Part shown: positions 63,647 to 64,000 of the stretch, in pieces
Position numbering within the stretch: position 1 is the stretch's first letter
How the letters are laid out: every line of letters begins with the position of its first letter
From: Somniosus microcephalus
Lineage: Eukaryota
Assembly (NCBI GenBank): GCA_052327205.1
Contig: CM126217.1
Coordinates: forward strand, 40,238,001-40,302,000
Length of the DNA stretch: 64,000 nucleotides
Reading direction: 5' to 3'
Program-made: the position numbers and the translations under genes
The notes under the pieces: model-generated
Databases searched by the model: none
Seen by the model: the letters and a program-made list of their open reading frames with translations, nothing else
What the model was told of the DNA's origin: nothing

Positions 63647-64000
63647 TCACAGAAATCACAGAAACCCCACAGTGCAGATAGAGGCCATTTCGGCCCATCG
63701 AGCCTGCACCGACACATATCCCGCCCGATCCCCATAACCCCTACACCAACACATATCCCACCCTATCCCCGTAACCCCACGTATTTAATCCCCCTAACAC
63801 TAAGGGTCAATTTATCATAGCCAATCAACCTAACCTGCACATCTTTGGACTGTGGGAGGAAACCGGAGCACCCGGAGTAAACCCACGCAAACACGGGGAG
63901 AATGTGCAAACTCCACACAGACAGTCGCCCGCGGCCGGATTCGAACCCGGGTCCCTGGCGCTGTGAGGCAACAGTGCTAACCACTATGCCACCGTGCTGC
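63647..64000 (-). mobile_element. HE1/V-domain tRNA-derived SINE (5' end at window edge)
   Basis: A box TGGCATAGTGG, B box GGTTCGAATCC, V-core CTGTGTGGAGTTTGCACATTCTCCCCGTG..CTCCGGTTTCCTCCCAC, and a CR1-like tail. Confidence 0.85.

Noticed and set aside
63930-64000. tRNA gene
   Set aside because: The A/B boxes belong to a SINE head that continues into the V-domain.

Overview
This is vertebrate genomic DNA, most likely shark/elasmobranch, judged from HE1/V-type and Deu-type SINEs, abundant CR1 and L2 fragments and Penelope-type ends. I recognise no host protein-coding exon. Main contents: (1) an apparently intact autonomous PIF/Harbinger transposon (6952-11201) with 16-bp TIRs, an AGG TSD, a 3-exon Myb/SANT gene (+) and a convergent DDE transposase (-); (2) a young full-length Gypsy LTR retrotransposon (52981-57776); (3) a decayed second Harbinger (58187-62119) and a relic third one (1-620); (4) many LINE, SINE and MITE fragments; (5) a TE-poor island (~19.6-33 kb) with promoter-like sequence and candidate minus-strand non-coding exons, including a 16-nt microexon. 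The most unusual feature is a ~1.06-kb chimeric retro-insertion (48066-49129) with an 8-bp TSD. Its 5' part carries clustered, strand-specific A>G changes, the pattern expected if an ADAR-hyperedited RNA was reverse-transcribed into the genome. Repeat-family names come from recalled consensus sequences, not from a database search.
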